A stretch of DNA of 64,000 nucleotides, from the NCBI GenBank assembly GCA_030704615.1, contig CM060733.1, positions 54,250,001 to 54,314,000 of the forward strand, in the 5' to 3' direction. The notes beneath the pieces were generated by a model, which saw only the letters and a list, made by a program, of their open reading frames with translations, made no database searches and was not told where the DNA came from. Made by a program: the position numbers and the translations under genes. Each line of letters opens with the position of its first letter. Positions within the stretch are counted from its first letter, which is position 1. The DNA comes from Takakia lepidozioides (lineage: Eukaryota; Plantae; Bryophyta). Shown in pieces: positions 25,036 to 36,929 of the stretch.

Positions 25036-28000
25036 CAACTAGTTGACGGAGATGATTGAGCACTACCCGAAAATGTCTGACCCTCCTTTGGCTGATATCG
25101 AGGTAACCTCTTGGCATAGGAGATCCTCGTCGTTTCTTTTCTGCCATCTGAAGTGCATAGTCTTCTGCCATGTCAAAAGAGTCCGCTGAAGAAACAGTAG
25201 TTTCAAAATCCTCGTCCCCCCTGAGGTGTTTTAACGGTCGAACTCTAACTGGAATCTTGTGGGGCATACAATGTGGTCCCACCATGTCTGGAAGTTCAAA
25301 CTGTACAACTTGCTGTAAGCGCTTAATGGCAAAATTGGTGAACACCCTGAACTCCTTGTCCGTATAGGTGAGTGGTGTGCCAATGACTTGGGAACAGTGC
25401 AAGTATTTCCATGCCTCATGTCCCTTAAAGGAAATATCGTCAGGGCCAAATTTCTATGTTGTCAAATTATTCCAGGCCGAATGAAACCATGATCGAAGTT
25501 GGGAATCCTTTTGCATCATAACTTTTGCTTCATATAGGTACATATGATGTGGCACTGAAGGTAAGACCCAATGATCCCCACTGGAATAACTCAGAAAGCG
25601 CGATTGCATCCTCTGTTGCTCAATGTGATAACGTGCTAGAAAACAAGCAACATAGTATAATCCACAGCCCATGACAATACTTGATACCTCCTTGGTCTTG
25701 GTATAAATGTATCCATGTACAACTTGGAAGGAAATTAATTCCTTCAACATGGTACTTGCTTCAGACCAGTACCTCGCAAAGTGATGATCCTCAATGGGTC
25801 GATTGTTCGGAAGAACCTTAGTCCTAGTTGCCACTGGCTGCCAAATGCGCATGATCTGGTAGTAATGTGCCAATGACTGCGGAGGACTAAATTCCTTCCA
25901 AGCCAAATCCAACACAATGGGAATTTGGTTGAAGGGCATAATCATAGCCCGATTGTACTCCCATGCAGCAGGAGTCCTAGATGGGTGAAAAGCAGCATCC
26001 TCCCATATCTCAGGCTGTGGTATGGCTGTAGTAACAACAGGGTCAGCTACCTGCACAGTCACTTGTTGTGGTATTGGTAGCTTTGGCCCTTGTACCACTG
26101 GCATCTCCTGCACCCCTTGCGAAGAAGACTGAAAAATTAGAGTTCTGGCTTGTAAATAAGTAGCCATTAGCTGCTCCTCAGGTACAAAAACTCTCTTGTC
26201 AATATTTGAACTCGGGTCATCCACCTGAGTCTGCAGGCCTTCTACATCCTCCTGTAGCTCCGTTATCCTACTATAGACATTGTCTATAGTAGTTGTGGCA
26301 ATGTTCTGCATCTGCAGTCTGAGCTCATTCATCTCGCCCTGGGTGAGCTTCCGTGGTGCTTTGCCTTCCACCGGCCCTTATGCTAACCAGACCTGCATAA
26401 GGTGGTTATCCACCAAGTTGTATGTGGCACCCCTAAGAGTCTGCTCTTCTGTGAGCATGTACACATCTAACTGCTGCTGTAAAGCCTCCATGCGCTTCGC
26501 ATAAGGTTCAACCAAACTCGCATAGGCAGCAGCTAGATTATTGGCTTCCTTCCAAGCCTTGTTAGCCACAGAGAGTTCATTTCTATTTACCATGATCGTT
26601 TGTTGCAACTCCAGGATGTACCTCTCTTGGTCAGCTTCAACCTGTGTGTATTGCTTGAAAGTATTCTCATTGCGACAGATTGTATTCTTCATATCAACAA
26701 TGAGTTTCGCCTGTTCGACTGTCTCTGCCTCTGCCTTCATACATCTCTCCCCTTGTCTATTAACTTCTAATGCAGTTTGCTCAAGAGTAGTTATGAGTGT
26801 AGCACATTGTATGGTCATCCTCTCATGTACTGCCTGCAACTCTGTATGTAGTGCATTCACTTCTTGCAACTTGCCCTCATGCTTCACCTGCAATTGGTAT
26901 AACTGTTGTTTATGTGCTTCGTGCAACTGGTCCTGCGCGAGGCCTGCTTCAATCAAATGTTCCTTGGCCAACTGCAAAACAGTTTTTGTATCCTCTAACT
27001 CTTGCTGTAACTTGAGATTGACCTCCTCATCGACCTTGTTTGCACACTCAGTGGCAAGTCGAGCCTCAAACTCCTTTCTGAGTTCCTCCCTCAAAGCTGC
27101 CAATTGGATAGATGGAACATGGGATTTCACATAAGTGCCCAACAAATTAAGTGTTCTGCTTATGGAACTCATAAGCATGGCCTGCTGAGGGTCTTCATGG
27201 GGAGCTTGCTGCGGTTCTCCCTGATCTTCAAAAGTGTGATGCCTCACCAACCATTCAGGCCATTGCCCCACCATATTTTCTTCCTGAACCACCTCATCCG
27301 CCACTGGTGCTGCAGTGTCTTGATATTCTACCCCTGGTACCTCCGTCACAGGTGTGGGTATTACATGTACAGCAGGGTTTCCCCTGGACAACCGCTGCAC
27401 CTCTGGAATCACTGATTCCCTTACCAAGCCAGAGTTTTCATAGAGAAGGTCACCCTTCTCAATTTCGGCCACGACCTGCTCTTTAATGGGAATGTCCAAC
27501 CTTTCTCCTTCTAGAGCAATTGGGGGTGATGTCACAGCATATACTAACTGTGGAACCTCTAAAACAACTGAGTCAATTGGTTGTGGTGGCTGTGGTATCG
27601 AAGTGACTTCCTCTTCCCTCTCTGAAGGCCGTGCTTCCAATAATAGCAGCTCTCTGTGCTGCTGTGCCTCATCCTGCACAAGAGCTTGGGAAACATTATC
27701 GTGCGGTTTCCGTGAAGCCAGTGGATCCGCCACTACAGTCATACCCCGCCTCTGTCTCTTAGACTGGTGTTGCCCTGCCAGTCCACCCTCACTGTGTGAA
27801 GAGCCCTGCTCTTCAATTGCAGTGGTTTCTGCCTCAAACACTCCCATCTCCGTACGTTCCCGAGTATCAAGTATGCAAGAATAAAGAATTATTTGGGCAA
27901 TGACTGGACCAGACACAATGATCGGAGACTTAGCAGCAGTGTCATGTAACCTCTTCATCTCGTCCACCAATCCATTGTACATTAACTCCGCCCAAGCGAC

Positions 28001-28492
28001 ATCCTCTCCCCTCAAAGCCTTCAGTATCTCCTCTGTGAATGACCTGCTCAAATACTGTTGGTTCTGTTTCATGGCAAACAGAACGTTCAATATTTGACCA
28101 ACTTCCCTAAGCCCTGGGTACTCGGCTTTGGTACAAGCGTAGCCTTGAGTTTTAAAGAAACTCCATTCTTGGAACAAATTCCCTATCTGCAATCTTGCCA
28201 TGTGCTCATCCACATCCACATGTCCTGATGGCAAATCAAACAATTGCTGCAGATACTGGGGAATAATTTCTATATCTACTCCCCTCACCTGAGTAACTCC
28301 CGTCCGAGGCTCAAAATTATGAAGAAATTGTATCATGAACTGCCGATGATGCAAGGACCAGTCCTTGCGTAGCAGCCCTTCCAATCGCAACTCCCTTAGC
28401 AGCTGTACTGCCTGCGGTGCTGCAATTGTTTGCTTCTGCAATATCGTCGTGCTCTTCACCCTGATATCTTCCATTCCCCTCACTCTCTTCAT
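25035..28492 (-). pseudogene. Gypsy 3' extra ORF (~1100 aa, coiled-coil middle)
   Basis: Begins MKRVRGMEDI..; L..L.L....DW.L.H..F..QFLHNF..VRG..I region; E/Q/L heptad segment; continues in frame past the stop at 26378-26380, then frameshifts. Confidence 0.7.
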
Positions 28493-29464
28493 TCTAGACA
28501 AACAGATAGGTTTTGTTTGAAACAACTGAAGGAAAGCTTGCAGGGCACAGAGCATGAAGGTATGGTTGGCACAGAATGAAATGGGTAAGTGCTTGTAAGC
28601 CTGTGGGGCTTGCAAGTATCGATTTAGAGAAAATGTACTCTCCGTTCGTCTGTCCTTGTGCCACTGCGTAAGTAGTAAGGCGAGCGTGTAGTCTGTTATT
28701 TCCACCATAGCTTCAAAGCTATAGCTTTGATTGTCTCCCCTGTCGAGACGCCCGTTACTCGGTACCACGCCAACTTTTGCGCTCATAATTTCTCTAAATT
28801 CTTGATCTTGCTTCTTGGAAAATACCCTCTGCAGGTAATTCTGGCTCATGATTGGCTGTTGGCTCTGTGATTGGTTTTGTAATTTAATTGTCTTCCGTGG
28901 ATTTTCCCCCATGGACTGTCCACTAGGATAGCACATGTGACAAGGATTTCGCTTTTCGGTACTTGTAAAGGGTTCCGTTACCCTTTCCATGTATGCGTTA
29001 ATGGGCCCACAATAAATTTCGGTTAACGTGCCGGGTAGGAACTTTGACGGCCAATTTTGTCTTCCTTCTTGATGACACCCGTTCTTGCAATTCATGTCCG
29101 GCTGTGTGTCTCGCCCTGGCGTCCACGTGTCCATTTCTAAACCTGCCTCCGTCCACTTTTCCGCCGGCCACTCTCCGGATGTTAACCCACGTGCACCTGT
29201 CACTGATCCTATGGACTGTGTAACCTCGGTAGGCTGTGTTGAGCTGTGATAGGCTGTGTGGCACTGTGATAGGCTGTGATAGGCTGTGTCACGCTGTGAT
29301 GGGCTGTGATAGGTATGCGAACACCTGTAGTTCCCGCCCTGGTCATATATGCTCGGCTTAGCGACAAGTGCTCCATACTCCGTTGGTATCACTGGCGCAG
29401 CCCGTGACTGCTTTTGCGTTTCAACATGCAAATCGTGCTGCAATGGTTTGTCATGGATACCACT

Positions 29465-30500
29465 GTACCCCTTCAACTTATTGGCATTGACTCTTCCCAG
29501 CATCTCTTTGTTAATGGTTTGTAACATGGCTGTGTTGTTATCATATATCTTCTGTATGACATAAGGTCCCTTCCATGGTGATTTAAGCTTAGAAGCTTTA
29601 ATCTTCCCCTTCTTCTGCAACCAGAGAACCAAATCTCCCGTCTTAAAAGTCTTTAATTTGTCTTCATCAAACTGTTCCTTCCTCTTCATCTGAATTCTGG
29701 TCATGTTATTAGCTGCATCAGCATGTACTTCTTCCACATGGTATAATTCATGTTTCCTGACCTTAATTGAATCTTCCAATTTCATTCTCTTTCCCCATTC
29801 CGTTCTCATTGTAGGTAATAAGAATTCCACTAGAAGTAAAGCTTCCATACCATAAACTAATTGGAATGGTGTATACTTAGTGGTGACTTTATATGAAGTC
29901 TTGTATGACCACAAAGGTGTCAGCAGCTTTGTATCCCAATCCGTTCTGTTTGCATTGACTATCTTAGCCAAGATAGTACATAATATTTTGTTGATAGCCC
30001 CTGCCTGCCCATTACCCTGTGGGTAATACGTTGTACTCTTCCTATGCACAATCATGAACTCTTTAGTCAAAAGTTCAATGGTCTCATTAATGAAGTGACT
30101 TCCCTGGTCACTGATAAATTCCAAGGGACAGCCAAATCGTGTAAGTATGTTCTCATACAGGAACCTTGTTGTGGACTTGGCTGTGTTGTCCCTCAGAGCT
30201 TTAGCTTCCACCCACTTCGTAGTATAATCAGTGGCTGTAATTATATACTTGTTCTGTGTATTCTTGGCCGGTGGGTTAATTGTTCCAACAAAGTCTAGTC
30301 CCCATTTCTGAAATGGTTCAGTAGGCATCGTAGGATGCAAAGCCATCTTCCCAGATCTCTGCAAAGGTCCTAGCCTCTGACATTCATCACAACTCTGACA
30401 ATACTTGTGTACATCCTTGAACAAAGTAGGCCACCAGTAACCTGCAAGTAGTATCTTCCTACTGGTAGTCTCTTCTCCAAAATGTCCTCCACTTGGCCTA
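29465..30500 (-). CDS. Gypsy integrase
   Basis: GHFG..YWWP..CDEC zinc motif; WGLDFVG, ISDQGSHF, YPQGNGQA(G) core; WKGPY C-terminal module. Confidence 0.92.
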
Positions 30501-32728
30501 AGTAACATGAAACCAGCCCCATTTACAGTAACAATGGCAGATCAAAGAAGTGTACAGCCATTGGGATTGATAAGAGGAGTTAAGATACAGATTCAAAAGA
30601 TGATCTTTATGATCACAGTAACTGTGTTGAAAATGGATGAAGTCATGGAGGCTTACTCCTTATTATTGGGACGTCCGTGGCTGAAACAGGCCAGGGTATT
30701 CCATGACTGGAATTCCCAGTTACTAACTGTGCATAATGGGATGCACAAGATACAAATTACCACTAAGAAATCTAGTAGATTACCTGCTACGAGAAGACCT
30801 CAAGGGGTCAGGGAGTATGACTGGAGGAGAGGACTGGATGAGGAGTAGGAAGCTACCCTGTTCGCTGCACACCCAGAGTGGGAGCAGGTTGCAAAGATGC
30901 AGCTGGAAGGCCTAAGTTGTTTAAAAGGTATCTGTTGTGGTGTAGTGACAATAACACCAATTGAAGGTGAAACAAGCAGTTACCCACCACATTTCTATGA
31001 AGAAAGAGAATGAGAAATGGAAATCCTAGAGGAACCAGCCACTGTGAGTTTACAAGATGAAGTGGTTACTGGTTGGACAATCACAGCTGATGAGCAGGTG
31101 AGAGAAGTGAATGTGGGAACTGAAGAGGAACCGAGGATGGTGAAGGTAGGGGCTGATTTGGAGCCAGAATTCTTTGAGGAAGCTAAAAGTTTGTTCATCA
31201 AATACAGAGATGTATTTGCTTGGAGCTACGAGTATCTAAAAGGGATACCACCTGAGATATGTCAGCATAAGATTGAACTAGAACCAGGGTCAGTACCAAT
31301 CAAACAGGCAAGGTACAGAATGAATCCCAACTATGCACAGAAGGTTGGAGAAGAGATCAAGAAGTTGGCTGAGGCTAAGTTTATATACCCGATAGAGTAT
31401 ACAACTTGGTTGTCACCCATTGTGATAATTCCCAAGAAGAATGGTAAACTGAGAGTTTGTGTGAACTATAAGAAGTTGAATGCTTGCACGAAGAAAGATC
31501 CTTTCCCTTTGCCATTCACAGAAACGGTGTTGGACACTGTGGCAGGCCATGAGATGTACTCATTCATGGATGGCTTCAGTGGTTATAATCAAGTGCAAGT
31601 GGCAGAAGAAGACCAGGGAAAGACAGCTTTCATCACAGACTGGGGTGCTTATGCATACAAAGTCATGCCTTTTGGACTATATAATGCACCAGCAACCTTT
31701 CAGAGAGTGATAAGTGAATCTTTTCATGAGTATCTGGATGATTTCATGCAGGTGTTCTTGGATGATTTCAGTGTGTACAGCTCTAAGAATGAACACTTGC
31801 ATAAATTGGAGTTATGTTTGGCCAGATGCAGGATGAGAGGTCTGGGCCTGAATCCAGAGAAGTGTACTTTCTGTGTGAACTCAGGGGTGCTTTTGGGACA
31901 CATTGTGTGTAAGAGAGGACTTCTTGTGGATCCCAAGAAGATAGAGGCCATTAAAGCCTCTCCACCACCAGTAAATGTTAAGAGTCTAAGGAGATTCCTT
32001 GGACAAACCAGTTATTATAGAAGATTTGTCAAAAGGTATGCACAGATAGCAGCACCATTAAGCAAGCTTCTGAAGAAAAATGCAGTGTTTGCATGGACAG
32101 TTGAATGTCAACAGGCTTTTGAGGAACTTACATTGTCAGTAACAACTCACTGTGATGCCTCAGGAGAAGCGTTGGGAGCGGTGTTAGATTCACCGGTGTA
32201 CTATGCTAGCAGGTTGATGAACAGTGCTGAAAGGAACTATAGCACAACTGAAAGAGAAGCATTGGCAATGATTTATGCAGTCAAGAAATTCAGGCATTAC
32301 CTATTGGGAAGAAAGTTTATGTTTTATGTGGATCACCAGGCTCTGATATATCTGGTGAACAAACCTTTGATAAGTGGAAGGATAGCAAGGTGGTTAATAA
32401 TCTTGCACGAGTTTGAGTTCGAAGTTGTTTACAAGCCTGGCCGTTTGCATCTTGTGGCAGATCATTTGTCACGCCTAACAACAGGAGAGCCCGCCACAGG
32501 AGTAGACGACCAATTGCCTGATGCGAGTTTATTTGCAATGGAGGTGCAAGGAAGTGCAGATGAATGGTTAGATTGGCAGTGGCCAATCAGATAATACCTT
32601 ACTCATGGTCAGTGCCCACCTAGTTATGGTAAGGAGCAGAGGAAGAGAATCGCTATCAAGGCTTTACCTTATACTATGGTAGGGGGCAGAATGTATAAGC
32701 TAGGACCTGATGGAGTACTTAAACGTTG
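30495..32728 (+). pseudogene. Inverted pol segment: protease C-terminus, RT, RNase H, start of integrase
   Basis: LLLGRPWL; LRVCVNYKKLN, FMDGFSGYNQ, MPFGL.NAPATFQR, VFLDDF; HCDASG, ERNYSTTEREALA, DHQAL, ADHLSR; LYKL-like MYKLGPDGVLKR. Confidence 0.95.
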
Positions 32729-35180
32729 GTCTGTCATGATATTCACTCCAGAGCCTCCATCTATCAGTACATCAGTTAGTTCTGTGCTTCCAATTCTCAA
32801 TTGGATTACTGGCATAGAATCATCAAAGTCCCTGACTGTTTCTCGCCCTTCCGGCTTCACATTATAACTGGTCACCTTGTTGTTCAGGTCTGTGTTCCCT
32901 GTCACATGGGCAATTCGATTGATTGCTTGATACAGCCTGTGTCTACAATAAGGTGCCACAGCCAATAGCTGTCCAATGGTAATCTCCGCTTTGGACTGGC
33001 ATATTACTTCAGCCAAAGTCCCTTCATTACTCTGCATGTCTGCAGCTTCTTTCTTCCCTTCATCCTCACTCACTACCTCTTCTCTTTCAGAATCAGAGGA
33101 ATCTGCCATAGGAATATCAGTACTCTTTTGCATTTCCCTTATGGTATCTGCCACTTCCTTGTGCAGTTCCTTCTCATCTCTCCAAGCCTCATCATCTTCA
33201 GGCACATCACTGCCATCTTCATTATCATCATCTTCCTCGTCTACTGGAGGTATTAGTTTGGCTTTGCTTCTCGTTACTATCATTGTACTTACTTCTGGTA
33301 CAACACATGGCCTAACCATGTGAGCTGCCACCACTGGCCCCTCATTCACAGGAGCTCTCATCTCATTCTGGTGTCTGATCCAGAATGGACAGGTTGCCTT
33401 GCGATGGCCTGCCTGATTACAATAGTAACACAGTTCTTCCCCATTAGGTCCTCGCCCTTGGTCTGTTCTGGAATTGTTTATGTAATCCTGATTCCCTGGC
33501 TGGTAATTCCCTCTTGGATTACCCTGATAGTTGCCTCTGGAATTTCCTTGGTAATTCCCTCTTGAATTACCTCTCCCTTCCATGCCATTGTTATGACTAC
33601 CAGGCCTACCATAGTGGTCCTGATCAGTGTTTCTTCTTGGCTGGGGCTGCATTTGATGCACCCTTACTTGCCTAGGTTCTCTAGCTGTTGTCCTTCTGTT
33701 GTAGTAACAATTCTCAGTAGAATGGTTATCCATTTTATAGATAGTACAGTGTTTCTCCTTCATGTGGCATTCAGTGGTTTTATGGCCTTCATTCTGGCAC
33801 TTTGCACACCAAACACCCTTCCTCCAATGTGTTGCAGCCTCTGTGGCATACTTCTTCAAGATTTCTTCTAATATTTTCTCATAGTTATCCCTCTTCAACT
33901 TCTCCTTTCTCTTACTCTTCCTTTTCAGCTCTTGCTCTTCTTCCTCATCCGACTCATCCTCAGAATCCTCATCATCTTTTTTCTCTCTCCTGAGCATTCT
34001 CAATTGTTCAATTCTGTTCGCTGTTTCAAATGCCTCCTCCACTGTATTATGGGGTAACATATCCACTCTCTTTTGCAACTCTAGTCTTAGTCCACTCACA
34101 AACCAAGTCTTCTGTAAACCTGGTGCTGGTACAGCAGCCAGCTTTTTCATCATCAATTCCATTTTTTCCATCATCAATTCCATTTTTTCCATATACTCCT
34201 CAACAGTTTCATGCTTCTTTTGCTTTAACTGTTGTAAACTTCCATACACTTCATCTTCAGTTTTACTTGTCCTGAACCTATTTCGGAATGTTGTATTCAA
34301 GCCATTCCAGGTTATGAAATGTTTATCAGGGAATCTTGCATACCATTCACTTGCTTTCTTGATAAGTGAACAATGAAACAATCTCATCTTGGCATCCTCG
34401 TCATTCTCATTGTTCACAATACACATGTGCTCAAATTGGCTAATGTGTACATCGGGATCCCCTTTTCATGAATATATTGGAAAAGGTGGTTTTGCCTGTG
34501 TTGGTTGTAACGCCATATGTGGCCCTACCCTCTGCCCACTGACAGATGCTGGCCCCCTTGCTGGTGCTAGTCCTTGAGGACCTGTTGTAGTTGTGGTGGA
34601 TCTTCCACCAAGTGGTGGCCCTTGAGCACTCCCTGCTACTGGCCCCACGATATTCACAGTATTCCCAGCTCCAGTTGCACTACTTCCCACACTCCTTGTC
34701 CCCCCAGAGCCAGATCCAGGCTGCCCGCCTGACCCCCCCTGAGCCGACACCTTCGTTGGCCTATGATCCAAGTGCTCCACTTGATCCAGGTCCAACGGGT
34801 TGGGATGTCCTGGTTGTAGTCTCAACCTCAGCTATTGGGTCTACTTCTTCATACTCTTCCTCTTCCAATTTCTTCTCTTTGTTTTCATCCTCCAAGTTCT
34901 GCCCTTGGGTTTCTTCTTCACTCATGTAACTCAACTGCAATGGTGTTGGAGAGTCTGAACTCTCCGTTGGCTCTGCCACATCCTCTCCTCCTTCTTCACC
35001 TTCCGTTTCAGAAACTGGAGTTCCTGCTTTTGGTGTTCCATGCCAACTCTTATCAAATATTTCTGTCAAATCTTTTATCCAGGGATGTACCTCAGATCCT
35101 TCACCTCGTGGTTGATCTTCTTCCCGTACCAATTCCCTTAATCTTTCTTGCAAAGAAAAAGAAATAGTGGCATCCAACTC
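32728..35180 (-). pseudogene. Gypsy gag-protease
   Basis: Capsid-like region (KMRLFHCSL..ASEWY..TW..L...F), knuckles CAKCQNEGHKTTEC and CYYCNQAGHRKATC, protease LIDGGSG. Confidence 0.92.
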
Positions 35181-35368
35181 TAGTTCTTCCGGTATGGGTC
35201 ATGTACTCTCTGATCTTAATGGTGTGAGAGGTCCAAATGATTCCCCTATGTCTATTCCTCTCTCCCAAAGATATGGATAATTAGCTTTCAGATAACTTTC
35301 TCTTTTTGCTGAATATCTTTGGAGTCTAGCTTCTCTTTCATCACTCATGTCCCATGTCTTTCATTTCT

Positions 35369-36064
35369 TTAATGTGGCAGTAACCAAAACTCTCTTCTGT
35401 AGTATCTCTCGTATATGCCTGGGTTTCTTTCAAGCTTCAATGCACCCTTAGCTATACTAGAAGTCTCCGTTACCATATAACCATATGGCAAACAAGTTTG
35501 GAAAGCTGTTCTTGGTGTGAGTTTGATCCACAGAATATCCTTTGGAATCCAATTCTTTACCAGTACAAGCTCTTCATGCATATGAGTATAAACATTCACC
35601 TTCCTTTCCTCCCAGCCTTCAAACTCTACTCGCTTAATGGATAGCAATGCTATCACATAAACCAGTGTTGGTAACCAACGTGCTCTTCCTCTACAGGCCA
35701 CCTGATAAATCTTTATCACCCCTTTCTCCAGACCCCACTCAGGGTCAGCATCATGCACTCTCTTAAGAATATTTTCTTTACAACCGTCTGGCAATTCCAA
35801 GAACCTCTGAAAGAATTGTTTGGACAATCTTTCCTTCTCAGTTTCACAGGGAATTTGAGTCACATCAAATTCTTTAATTCTCCATCCACCATGATCCCAC
35901 CAGATGCCTGTCACATCTGGTTGTTCATGACCCAGTCTCCCAGTACGGTCGCCAAATGTTGAACGACTTTTACTCACCCATCCCTTCGCTATCCGAGGTG
36001 GAAACTCCAAGATAGAAGAGTTGGATATCTCTAAGCACTCAGCCCGCTCAGTACAATCAGTCAT
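35369..36064 (-). CDS. Extra ORF upstream of gag (unknown function)
   Basis: 231-aa open frame between LTR/PBS and gag, same orientation as gag. Confidence 0.5.
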   Translation of the reverse strand: MTDCTERAECLEISNSSILEFPPRIAKGWVSKSRSTFGDRTGRLGHEQPDVTGIWWDHGGWRIKEFDVTQIPCETEKERLSKQFFQRFLELPDGCKENILKRVHDADPEWGLEKGVIKIYQVACRGRARWLPTLVYVIALLSIKRVEFEGWEERKVNVYTHMHEELVLVKNWIPKDILWIKLTPRTAFQTCLPYGYMVTETSSIAKGALKLERNPGIYERYYRREFWLLPH

Positions 36065-36929
36065 GACCTGCAGCTAGTGAATCATGGTTGTGCTTCCCAT
36101 TTGTATTCCTTCTTGCCTTCATGTTATCAATTTACCTTATCTGATACTGAAGCATCAGATTGCTTCAGTATCTTCTTAGTTCCAGTTAATCATGCATTCA
36201 TTTCAGAGCTTCATTCATGTCTCTCTACACAGTGTGCTTGTATCGAATAAGTATCAGTTTACGATTTATCAGGTACTAGGCCAATGTCAAGGTGACTCTA
36301 ATCCGCCCTACAGTATCACTACAGCTCTACATGAAATAAGCATCTATTGTTCATCTTTTCTCCTTCTTTCTGCTCTCGTTCTTGCTCTCCGCCTGATCTC
36401 CTCTCATACATGACCAAGAAGCGCTCCCCGTGAAGTGTATCCCCTCTTTCCGTTGCCGCTCCCTTTATCTGCCCGCAAGCTGTTCTAACCACCTAACTAA
36501 TTAACCGTCATCCCTGAAGTAACACGTTCCTTCTGCAGATGTCGTTCCCTCACAGTCGTTCCCTACCAATGATAATTGTTCCCCATGTACTGTGACTGGC
36601 TGTGTTAGGCTGTGTCGGCTGTGTCGGGCTATATCGGGCTGTGTTGGCTGTGACGGGCTGTGTCGGCTGTGGCGGCTGTGACTGGCTGTGTCGGGCTGTG
36701 TTGGCTGTGACGGGCTGTGCAAAGCTGTGGCGGGTTGTGTTGGCTGTGTCGGGCTGTGTTGGCTGTGACTGGCTGTGACGGGGTGTGTCGGGCTGTGTAA
36801 CCCCCCCCCCCCCCCCCTAAAGCCTGCTGCTGTCACCCCTAAGGCTCCTGTTGGTCTCAGTCTGTGTAATAATTAAGGGTACCCCACAGAACCCGTAAAA
36901 GCGTTAAAGTCCCAAGCAGCCCTCTAACA
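35957..36929 (-). repeat. 5' LTR (~970 bp); PBS at ~35937-35954
   Basis: TGTT..AACA ends; minus strand ..CA-TT-TGGCGACCGTACTGGG is PBS-like (resembles tRNA-Arg primers); internal GGCTGTG repeats at 36590-36800. Confidence 0.8.

Larger units (their letters stand above)
25035..36929 (-). mobile_element. Ty3/Gypsy LTR retrotransposon (non-chromovirus-like, extra ORFs), 3'-truncated, pol internally inverted
   Basis: 5' LTR, PBS, extra ORF, gag with CCHC knuckles, protease, RT, RNase H, integrase and a long 3' ORF are all recognisable; no 3' LTR. Confidence 0.93.
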
